A stretch of DNA of 64,000 nucleotides from Hemiscyllium ocellatum (Eukaryota), in the NCBI RefSeq assembly GCF_020745735.1, contig NC_083436.1, positions 18,251,299-18,315,298 on the forward strand. Reading direction: 5' to 3'. The notes under the pieces are model-generated. The model saw only the letters and a program-made list of their open reading frames with translations, was not told where the DNA came from and did not search any database. Shown in pieces: positions 53,456-64,000 of this stretch; the stretch's first letter is position 1; every line of letters begins with the position of its first letter. A program made the position numbers and the translations under genes.

Positions 53456-54384
53456 TGGCTAGCTTTAGTGACATTACCACTGCTACCAGGTCCCCCTCCT
53501 CTGCATTTGACATAAACTGAATTATGTTGCGTTGGCAAATCCGAATTCCTCATCGTGTTATTTCTGCTGCCAGTGAACACGTTCATTCAGCAATAGAGGC
53601 AGCGAGGACCACAACTGATAGGATCATTTTGTTGCGTTTTAAAAAAAACATGAAACAGGTGTAAATTAACTGTGTGCCCACAAACTCTATATAAGGGCTC
53701 TTGTGGGGCTGTGGTACTGACCCGACCTTTGACCCCCTACTCCGGAGATGTGTCATAATATTTCTGAACAGATTGGTTGGAAAAATACGTCCACAGAAAC
53801 ATCGTGGGAATTAACCATAAATTGCTGTAGAAGTCTACCTTCTCATCAGCTGCGACAAACGTTGCACTACAGAAGGATGCCACTAGATGGGTTGAAATTA
53901 ATTTCATCCCTACTCATAAGTAGATATTTTAACGTTCAGAAGCATCTACTGACAGTATTTGGGTCAGCTCCTCACTCGATCAAAAAGCTCACCCCTGTAA
54001 CTGCCATAGTAAGTATAAGAATAGAGATACCCAAGAAAACATCTTTCCTAAATAATTTAAGTATTCAAATGTAACATAAAATCATCACTTTCACAAATTC
54101 CGTGAGTTATTTTTATCGTCGTTATAATCGCAAGCACATCACAATTAAAAATACAAAAATGACCAATGTACACATTAGTTTTGCAACAGGAATTGAAAGA
54201 TTGTGTAAAGGAATGGGCCGAATAAAATTCGTGCAGCTAAAGACAGCAGACCACTTTTGGTTAATGCTTTATTTTGTGATTGGCATTGTTGGAAAATGAG
54301 GGGCAGAAAGTAAAAATAGAAAACAGATCTAGGGTAGAGCGAAGGAACAATATCTGAAAAAGCTGTAAGCAGCTGCACCACAAC

Positions 54385-54590
54385 AATACACAGGGAGGAA
54401 AGCTCAAAATACACATACAAGGACCAAACCTCACCAGCGTATACACACAGGGAACAAACCTCACATTCACACAAAGGGAGCAAACTCTAATATAAGCACA
54501 GGCAGTAAACCCCAAAATACACACAAGCAACAAACCTCACATTTACACATACACACGGAGTAAACCCTACAAACACAAAGGACAAACCCG
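54385..54590 (+). repeat. Degenerate minisatellite (about 25-30 bp; acacacaggga-caaacctcac-like units)
   Basis: Recurrent caaacctcac / taaaccc / caaaccc cores separated by acac tracts, about 8 units. Confidence 0.65.
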
Positions 54591-55329
54591 ACGTCTCCAT
54601 AGAGCAATGCCTGAGATCCGCTCAGGGGCAACACGCGGAGACACACAGGAAGAACGGTATCCGAGATCGAAACACCCGGGAAGCAACACCTGAGTAACAC
54701 AAGAGTGCAGCCCCTGTTGATGTCTGAGAGAGAAGTGAAAGAAAATAAAGGAACTGGATGCGTGTGTGCGAGAGGGGAGACCAGCTGCTTCAGCGACAAC
54801 AACTCAAGAGGAAGGAAGGGTAGTGGCGGTCAGGGCGGAGACCCACGGGGTTAATAACAGAGACTCGTTGAAACCATGACAATCGTCTGAGCTGAGAGAG
54901 ACATTCGGTAGGGACTAAGCCAGGGATCTCTGAGCGTGTCATTGAACTCAGCAGCAACTCAAAGAGGGGAGCTGCCGGAGAAGAAAGAGATAGAAAAAAA
55001 ATGATTGGGGAAATCCCGGAAGAGAAAAGAGTGGAGATTAATTAAAAACGTAAATCCGGGAAAGGGAACTTTTGAACAAGCTGACAACTGCACGCATGAA
55101 GGAAGAGAGAGAATACATTTCCAAGGTGGAACAGTGCTCACATTAGATTCTGTGGCAGTGGACAATAGCTGAAGATTGAGTGAGAGGAGCAAATCAAAAG
55201 CAGGACTCTTGGAGAGAGAGAGAGAGACAGTGCTGACCTGGATTAATCTCACAAAGCCCTGACCTCAAACGACACGATACCCAGCACCAGCAAACACCTG
55301 TCCGCTTTGTCATCTCTTTCTGACATGAG
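54590..55329 (+). promoter_or_regulatory. Probable promoter / 5' leader of the MGAT4 gene
   Basis: Local CpG enrichment at 54590-54940, GC box gggcgg near 54833, purine-rich leader with (GA)n at about 55212-55228. Confidence 0.5.
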
Positions 55330-55420
55330 ATGAAGTTCAGGAATGAACGTATTTTAACAGTGCTCGTCCTGGGTACATTTCTTTCTATGTCCTGGTTCGT
55401 CGCCCGGCTGAATATGCAAG
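55330..55420 (+). CDS. MGAT4D: MGAT4-family (GnT-IV) first coding exon; MGAT4D by synteny
   Basis: MKFRNERILTVLVLGTFLSMSWFVARLNMQ(G)|gtatgt is a type II signal-anchor resembling MGAT4A/B MRLRNG...FL(T/S)LSWY. Phase-1 donor. Head-to-head with ELMOD2, as MGAT4D is in human. No exon 2 recognised in the window. Confidence 0.72.
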
Positions 55421-57230
55421 GTATGTGTGGCATTTCTGTCTGGACACTACAGTGACTAACCGGTAGCAGGTTGAAGTTGCTCCCCTGTAGAATCGGGACG
55501 CTACTTGACTGTAGTTGGTACTCTTTGTTTTGGAGTGAGGAACAACTCTTCTATCCTGCATATTTATTTTACGTGTTTCTGGAATCACAAACGTTTCTGG
55601 AATCGCAAACCCGCCAATATTCATTGATTCAGATAGTAATAAGCGAAGAGCCCAGATTAAAAAAATGCTGAGTTTAAATAAACATCGTTGGAATTACACT
55701 TCTCAGGGAAAGAGTTTGACTTTTTTTCCGACCAAAAACTTTATAAAATTTTTAAACTAAAAAGGCCATTACAATACATCGAACTTGAATATTATGGAAA
55801 ATGCAATAAAACAAAACTTTTCATGTACAATTTGTATTGAGTGGAACATGCTGTATAACTTTTGATATTGGCAATTTTCATTCCTTGTCGAGCGTACAGA
55901 CCAAAGTTTCCAGTCCCTTGATATACAATGGTGGAAACACCTCAGGCAGTGACCTTATTATTAGGTTGGATTTACATTGCCTGCTTTGAAAATTCAAACT
56001 TGTTTTGAAAATTGGCCCCAAATATCTTAGGTCTCTGTGCCTTCTACTCTTCAAAGTCATGATTGTGTACTGTTGTGTTCACTTGAGTGAATTACATCAG
56101 CATGAAGTCAAGCCATCAACAATTTCGTTAGACCAGATTGAGTGTAGGTCCTAAGTGTTATTATTTCTCTCCCTCTAGGTGTACTGCTCATGTTTTCCAC
56201 TAACCATCTGCCTTTTTTAAAAATTGTGAATTGCCTATCCTCAGGGACATAGTTAATGCTTTCAATAATTTGAGTAAGAGTTACACTTTTTCATGCAAAA
56301 ACTGCTTTGCATTGGAGATTAATACTCTATAGCCATCTGATTGAAGTCTAATGAATAAATGACCGAATATTTCTACATAGATGGAATGCCAGAAGTTTGA
56401 AATCTATTCCACATGTAATAACTGATACTTTGTCAATTGTTCCCTTTAAACCTGAGATTGGTAAACTTCTGTTCAGTGACATAGAGCCAAATGCAGATTC
56501 ATGTTTAACTCAAAGATCAATCATTGTCTTATTGAATATAAACAGACCTGAGGGTCTATTGCTGTGTCTATGTGAGATTTTGTTTGAATTTGGATTGGAT
56601 CAGGATTTTTGGGGCCATATTTTCAAATAATGCAAAATGGGTTAATTTTAACATGTTGATAATTAAAACAATGTGTATTCACAAACATTTATGTTAGAAA
56701 AGTGAAGGCAGTATAATGCAAATGGCATTTCTATTCTTCCAAAACATGTAATGAAAAGTGACAGTTTTCGTGCTCAATAAATGTCTCTTTGATAGGCATG
56801 AATAGTTTGGTCAGGATGATTTGGCATCCTGTAATTTGCTAAAGTTACACAAAGAGAAACAAGAGTAGACAAATCAGGTTCAGCAAGATTAGTCAGATTT
56901 TTAACAGAAGGAGAAAGAAGCTGCAAAGTCATAGCTAAATCCAAAAGCAGAATGTAAGAGAGTACGTAGGAATATGGGAACAACCCCTCAAGGCTCTTCA
57001 CCATTCAATGAGATCAAGGCTAATCCGTGGCCTAATTCCATTTACTTGCCTTTAACACACATCCCTTAATACCATTGCTTAACAAATATTGATCTATCTC
57101 AGATTTTAAATTAACAACTGATCTAGCATTCACTGCCATTTGTGAAAGAGAGTTTCAATTGTCTACTACCAAGTGAGTAGAATTCTCTCCTGAATTATCT
57201 GGTCCTAATTCTTAGGCTCTGCCTAGTTCT

Positions 57231-57316
57231 GAAGAAGGGCTTATGCCCAAAACATCGAATCTCCTGTTCCTTGGATGCTGCCTGACCTGCTGCGCTTTTC
57301 CAGCAACACATTTTCA
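57231..57316 (+). mobile_element. 86-bp Penelope terminal insertion
   Basis: Perfect 15-bp TSD gctctgcctagttct (57216-57230 / 57317-57331). Confidence 0.85.
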
Positions 57317-57549
57317 GCTCTGCCTAGTTCTACAATGCCCAACTAGTGGGAATAGAATAGTACACTATAATAATAGACCCTTCGGCACCATACCTATGCT
57401 GACCATGGTGTCATTCCAAATTAATTCCATCTGCCTGCACATGAACGATTTCCTTATTCCCTGTCTGTAAATTGTTTATCTTTTTCTACTTCACCTTTTC
57501 CTGTTAATACCTTGAAGACTTCCCCAATCTATTTTGAGTTGAAATCTTC

Positions 57550-60500
57550 CATGATTCCATGCTAGCTCTTCCAGATTAATTCAAAAGTTTCAAGATGTTC
57601 AGTTACCTCATCGATGATTATTGATTCCAAAAATTACCCCACCACAGATATTAGACAAACTGGTCTATGATTTCCTGGTTGTCCTCCTTTTTTTGTCCTC
57701 CTTAAAAAGCAAAGCAATGTGAAATTTTCCAAACCAGTGGGACAACCCCTGTGTCTAGGGACCTCTGAAAGATTATAGTTAGGGCATTTACAATGTGCTC
57801 TTCCTTTAATACCCTCAGGTGAAAACTGTCAGGTCCTACAGATCTGTCACTCTTTAATTCCATTAATTTCCTCATTACCAATATTTTACTTCTATTAATT
57901 TTATTCAATTCCTTTCTGTGATCCACTATTAATTTCCTTGTGACTTTCAGCAAGGTATCTTCCTTTCTTACTGTAAATATTGAGGTGAAATAATTATTCA
58001 ACATTTCTGCCATTTCCCCATAGTCTTTGATATTTCCAGTTCCCACATTCAGTCTTTAGTGGACCAACATTGCTCCCGACAACCTGCTTTCAATTTATGT
58101 AGCTGTAAAATTTCTTGTTGTTGATTTTGATGTCCTTTGCAAGTTTCCTCACGTAATCCCTTTTCGTAGCTCTTATAAGCTGCTTTGTGGCCCTTTACTG
58201 TTCTTTGTATCTTTCCCATTCAGCTGGAACTGTGCTTTTTTTTCATTTTGTAAACCTTTTTTAGTTGTTTTTTTATGCTGTCTCTTTATCTCTTTAGCTA
58301 TCCAAGCCAATGCCTTTTTTTTGTGAAGCAGAGCTTTTCTTCCTCATGGGTATAAACTCAATTTTTATTGCATTAAATGTTTCTTTCAACATGCTCCATT
58401 GCTTTTCAGTTGTTTTATCCATTAGCAGATTTTCACAGTTTATTGTGGACAGTTACTCTCATCCCATTAAAATAGGCCTTGCCTAAACTTTAGTAGCTGG
58501 TTTGTGCTTTTCACTTTCAAATGCTACATTGAACTCACTCATGTTATGATCGCTATTTGACAAATATTTATGCACGATTAGGTCACTAATTAAATCTGGC
58601 GCATTACTCGTTACTAAATCCAATATTGCTTGTCCCTTGCAATATGGCCATATTGCAAAAGGAAACTATCTCTGACACACTCCAGAAATTTACTACCTTT
58701 CTGATAGTTGCTTGTCCGCCTCTTCCAATCTATGTTAAAGTTAAAATCTTCCATTAATTGTACTTTTGCTTTGCTATATACTTGCCTTAATTTCTGCGGT
58801 CATACAACTAGCACTTCAGAGCCGCTACCAGGGTTCTGTACACAACACATGTTCTGGTTTTAAATCTTCCCCATTCCTCAGTTCCTCTTTTTTTTCACTA
58901 AATGCTTTACCCTTATAATATCCTCAATCACCATTGAAGTTTTTTTTCTAATCAGTAAGACTACTTCACATTCTCTGCAATTTTCTCTGTCTGTCCTTTA
59001 AACCGTATAAGCCTGTATGTTCATTTCCCAGTCCCAACCATCCTGCAGCCATGTCTCAGTAATGGCTACTATCTCCAGTTTGAAATTGTGCCAATGGCTC
59101 ATTTCACTTATTCCTTACACTCTGTATTTAGAATATAGAACATAGAACTTTACATCCTTCCTATAATGCGGTGACCAGAACTGCACGCAATATTCCTGGT
59201 GCGGCCTTACCAGTGTCTTGTACAGCTGAAATATGACCTCATGGCTCCAAAATTCAATCCCCCTACCAATAAATGCTAACACATCATATGCCTTCTTAAC
59301 AACCCTATCAACCTGGGTGGCAACTTTTAGGGATTTATGTACCTGGACACAGAGATCTCTCTGTTCATCTACACCGCCAATAATTTTACCATTAACCCAG
59401 TACTCTGCATTCCTGTTATTTCTTCCAAAGTAAACTACCTCACACCTTTCTGCATTAAACTCCATTTGCTGTTACTTAGCCTAGCTCTGCAGCTTATCTA
59501 TGTCCCTTTGTAACCCACAACATCCTTCGGCACTGTCTACAACTCTGTCTGTCTTAGTGTTATCTGCAAATTTACTATACCATCCTTCTACACCCACATC
59601 CAGATCATTTATAAAAATGACAAACAGCAGTGGCCCCAAAACAGATCCTTGTGGCACACCACTCATAACTGAGCTCCAGGATGAACATTTCCCCTCAATC
59701 ACCACCTTCTTTCAGCTAGCCATTTTCTGATCCAAACTGCTAAATCATCTTCAATCCGCAAACTCCTTATTTTGTGCAATAGCCTACCATGTGGAACCTT
59801 ATCAAATGCCTTACTGAAGTCCACATACACCACATTAACCACCTTACCTTCATCCACCTGTTTTGTCACCTTCGCGAAGAACTCAATAAGGTTAGTGAGG
59901 CATGACTTACCCTTCACAAAGCCGTGTTGACTATCCCTAATCAAATTATTCCTTTCCAGATGATTATAAATCCTATCTCTTATAAGCTTTTCCAACACCT
60001 TACCCACTACGAAAATAACTCCCCTTCTTTGTGTGCAGCATTCTTATTTGGGCTGTAAACTGCAACCGTTCCTCAGCACTCATGCTTTGTTTGCCTATTT
60101 ATTATTTCTTTATTTCCAATTTAATCAATGCACTTCTTATAGTTTTGCCATTACCTGCTGTACCTGAAGTATGATTCCTGACTGTTTCTTTACACTCTGT
60201 CATGTTATTTAATTTTGAGACCTTATTAATTGCAACCCCACCGCTTTTCCAGAGCCCTCCCTGCCTAGGTAAAAGTCCTTGTGACCACCCTACTTAGTAT
60301 TTCTACAAAGATATTGGTTCCAGATTGGTTCAGGTGAAGCCTGTCCCAATGACACAATGCATTCCTGTCCCATTACTGATACCAGTGTCCCATGAAATGG
60401 AACCTCCCTTTCCCACACCTTTCCTTTAGCATTGTGTTTACTTACCAATTTTTAAAATCTGTATGCCAATTTGCAAGTGGCTCTTGTAGTAGTCCAGCGA

Positions 60501-60700
60501 TTATAACATTTGAGGTTCTGCTTTTTAATTTTGTTCCTAATTCCTGATATTCCCCAAACAGGATTTCTTGCCTCTGTTGTCCACCCCAAAATGGACCACA
60601 ATAATTGAATTGTTCTCCCTTCCATTCCAATATCCTTTCACGCCTATTTGAGATGTCCCTTACCTTGGCACCAAGCAGGCAATGCACCATGTGAGAGACT
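57550..60700 (-). mobile_element. Older CR1 (ORF1 esterase remnant at about 60300-60700, ORF2 at about 57550-59120) with a younger CR1 inserted at about 59130-60010
   Basis: EYQELGTKLKSRTSNVIIAGLL (CR1 ORF1 SGNH-like); SQHGFVKGKSCLTNL and GVPQGSVLGPLLF (RT). Confidence 0.85.
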
Positions 60701-60949
60701 TGGTCCTCTTACAAAGAGTACAAAGAGTCCCCTTCTTTTTCTGGCTTGGTTGAACCTTCTACTTCCTAAATTCCCTGCATATCCTATTTTAGTTTGCCTA
60801 CAGTACCCCTAATTATAGAATCTCCTAACTTTTTTTGCTCACCATGCTTTTGAATGGCCTCTTATTGATCTAGAGAAAAGTATGCTTGCTATTTTTGTAT
60901 TATGTAAAGTAAGTTATAATCATTTAATTCAGTGAGCCCAGTTGTATAT

Positions 60950-62425
60950 GAAAACAAAATACTGCAGATGCTGAAAATCTGAAAAAAGCACAGAAAATGT
61001 TGGTGAAACTCAGCAGGTGTGACAGGATCTGTGGAGAGAGAGAAAAACAAAGTTAACATTTCAAGATCAGTATACACCTCTTCTTCAGAACTGAAAGAGT
61101 TGGAAAAGTGTTTTTCTTTAATTACCTATGACAGAAACACAGGAAGGGAAAAGGGAATGGCTGATGTAAAGGCCCAGTACAAACACAAAGGATTGTTAAT
61201 GTTGGTGAAAAACAAAAAGTGATACGTAAAATGGTGTCAGTTGAGGTTTTTAAGGGAGAGAATGTGTCCATTCTACTGAGAACAAAGTAAACAAGATCTT
61301 GTGGTGGGATGGGGGAGAGAATAATGGGGAAGAAAGATGGACAACAGACAGCATTTCATCAGTCTCTGAGGTTACACAATTCAATATCAAATCCTGGAGG
61401 CTGTAAAGTGTTTCATCAGAAAATTGGGTATTTGGTCTTCCAGCTTGCATTGTACTTAACAGTACAGAAAGAAGCCATTTGGCCCATCAAGTCTACATTG
61501 ACCCTCTGGAGAGCATCCCACCCAGACCCAGGCTTCCACTTATCCCTGTAACCTACATTTCAAATGGCTAATCCACCTAGCCTACACAACCCTCGACACT
61601 ATGGGATAACTTAGCATGGCCAATCCACCTAACCTGCATATCTTTGGACTGTGGGAAGAAACCCAGCAGAAACCCATGCAGAGATGGGGAGAACGTCTGT
61701 GTGGAGTTTGCACAGTCATCCAAGGCTAGAATCAAACCCAGGTCTCTTGTATTGTGAGGCAGCAGTGTGCAACACTGAGCCACCATGCAGGCTCAAGATA
61801 AAACGTTAGCATCAGAGCAAGGAAGTTCATTGAACTGGCTAACAACTGTTAGACCAGGGTCAGTCCTATGGACAGAGAAGAGACATTCTACAAAGCAGTC
61901 ACTCAGTCTGCATTTGGTCTTGCCAATATAAAGGAGACCATAATGTGAATAGTAAATAAAGGTGACTAGATTAAAGAAATACATATGAAATGCTGCTTTA
62001 ACTGGAAGGTATGTTTGAGCAATGAGGAGACAAGTGGATGAGTGTTACATCTTCTGCAATGGCATGTGAGGATGCTGTCGGGGAATGAGGAAGTGTAAGA
62101 AATGGACCAAGGTGTAACAATGCCCTCTCCCCCAGCTTTATCTAATTTATGTCTTGTTTGCTTCGTTCTTAGTAGAGTCGATACACGGTCTCTCTTTTTA
62201 TACCTTAATTTACACCCATTTTACAGCTCTGAAGCCAACATCAGCAACCCAGTGTTTTGGGCCCCCACACCAGCTGCTCCCTTTGCTCCTCCTCTGCCTC
62301 TGTCAAAAACATTGACCAAAATACTTTCTATCCCATTTCAGCTCTGATGACGAGTCATACTGGATTTGAAACAGCATCTCCACAGATGCTGCCAGTTCTA
62401 CTGAGTTTCTCCAGCAGTCACGGTG
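60950..62425. mobile_element. Decayed Penelope element with inverted ends, containing an HE1 SINE (about 61460-61787, -)
   Basis: GLLYIGKTKCRL (ORF 61793-61984). Terminal segments at 60950-61090 and 62340-62420. Confidence 0.75.
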
Positions 62426-63119
62426 TCTCAGCCAAATTAAAAATATTCTTATGTGATTGCTTACTTTGAAGCAAAGCAGCTCAAGAAAGACCACATGATA
62501 CTTCATTTCAGTATACCATTGAAAAGCCTGAAGAAGTAAATAATTAAAATGCATAAAAATTAAGTTCACATCATACTGTGATAATAGTGTCAAATGTACG
62601 GAGTACATTGCTCTATAGTTAAATAGTGGTCACTTGGAGTACTCTCAAAAACATAAAGCACAATTCATTTTCCTACACTGTGGTACTTTGGAGAGTATTG
62701 AGAAAATACCCTATACTTGTAATAGTGGTTTTGGAGGTTAATTGGAGAGCACCGTAATGCATTGAGCTGCTGATTGTACAGATAAAGGCTACATTTGCCT
62801 GGATTGGCACTCTGCCAATACATTAAAATGAAGTAAAATTCAGAATCACTACATTCTGCAAAATTTAAAACTCAACTTGTCTTGCCACATAAACACAATG
62901 GCCACAAGTGTAAGTCAGAGGATAGGAATACTGTGGCGAGTAACTCACCTCCAGACTTCCCAGAGCCTATCCACCATCTATAAGGCACAAGTCAGGATCG
63001 ATAGAAAACTCCCACTTGTCTGGATAGATGCAGATCCAAACACAAACGCTTGACACCATTCAGAACAAAGCAGCCCACTTGATTGGCACTACGTCTGCAA
63101 ATATTCACTCCTTCCACAC

Positions 63120-63460
63120 TGTGATTATGCTACTCCTTTAACAAGATTATATTGTCCTTGGCATTTTTTTCAGGGAGGTCGTAATAGCAGCGATTCTGAA
63201 AAGCTTAGGTTTGAAAGGTCTTAGGCCAATTTGATCACAGCTAACAGACACTGCCTCAGGCAAAAGGCTTTCAAGTTTTAAAAAACTCTGGTACAATGAA
63301 AGGGGTGTGGCTAGTTCTCCCAGCTCAGCTTTTCTTTGGTTTGTTTTTTTTATATATAGCAATCTGGCTGTTCATTGAAAGCAGTCAGTTTGAGGCTGCT
63401 GGTCCAAGAAACAGTGACATAGAAGAAGGTGTTGCATACTGAATGCCTCTGCCAACTCTT

Positions 63461-63497
<37 letters not shown>

Positions 63498-64000
63498 CCT
63501 GTAAGACCCTGTATTTGATTTTATCTTTTTTGCCAAGCAGTGTTGCTGGAGATTGTTGCAAGTATTTGGAACAGCATCATTAAGTTGGGATAATCTGTTG
63601 TGTTTTTGGATAGATTAGACTTACAGTGTGGAAACAGGCCCTTCGGCCCAACAAGTCCACACCCTCCCGCCGAAGCGCAACCCACCCATACCCTTACATT
63701 TACCCCTTACCTAACACTACGGGCAATTTAGCATGGCCAATTCACCTGATCCGCACATCTTTGTGACTGTGGGAGGAAACCGGAGCACCCGGAGGAAACC
63801 CACGCAGACACGGGGAGAACGTGCAAACTCCACACAGTCAGTCGCCTGAGTCGGGAATTGAACCCAGGTCGCTGGTGCTGTGAGGCAGCAGTGCTAACCA
63901 CTGTGCCACCGTGCCGCCCAAAAGTTAAGTTATTCTGTATTCTGTTCTCTTTTGTTTGTGTTTTATTCAGTAATCTTGCAAAAAACTCTGATTTGTTTAA
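63120..64000 (+). mobile_element. LTR of the same family, interrupted by an HE1 SINE, running off the window
   Basis: TG start, shared 5' sequence, internal (CT)n tract and 3' T-rich block like the 9943 copy. Confidence 0.75.
63611..63920 (-). mobile_element. Young, full-length HE1 V-SINE
   Basis: Intact A box (tggcacagtgg) and B box (ggttcaattcc) on the minus strand; many CpGs retained. Confidence 0.92.

Noticed and set aside
56160-56970. Candidate MGAT4 exon 2 acceptors
   Set aside because: Translations do not resemble the coiled-coil stem exon of MGAT4 proteins; exon 2 is probably beyond the window.
63840-63920. tRNA gene
   Set aside because: The A/B boxes belong to the tRNA-derived head of an HE1 SINE; there is no complete cloverleaf.

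Overview
Vertebrate nuclear DNA, most likely an elasmobranch (shark). This is inferred from the repeat content: HE1 V-SINEs, HER1-type CR1 LINEs, a Deu-domain SINE and Penelope elements. Three genes are supportable. (1) ELMOD2 on the minus strand: six coding exons with canonical GT/AG sites were reconstructed by hand from 20846 down to 3473, and the last exons lie left of the window. Its CpG-island promoter is at about 23.5-24.2 kb. (2) A 9-finger C2H2 zinc-finger CDS on the plus strand (28419-29177), oriented head-to-head with ELMOD2. (3) The first coding exon of an MGAT4-family glycosyltransferase on the plus strand (55330-55420), in the position and orientation of mammalian MGAT4D. Much of the rest is nested retroelement debris: CR1, L2/CR1-like, Tx1-like, Penelope with hammerhead-ribozyme cores, solo LTRs and SINEs. 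Most ORFs in the supplied track are TE fragments or noise. I see no wholly new protein system. The best leads are a ZNF gene lodged in the ELMOD2-MGAT4D interval and possibly sharing a promoter built of tandem TACGT(G/A)+GC-box modules, an in-frame upstream ELMOD2 exon, an MGAT4D-position gene with an MGAT4A/B-like N-terminus and a start-overlapping micro-uORF, and several Penelope hammerhead units including TSD-flanked mini-insertions with the same 5' boundary. All family assignments are from recognition, not database searches, and repeat boundaries are approximate unless a TSD is given.
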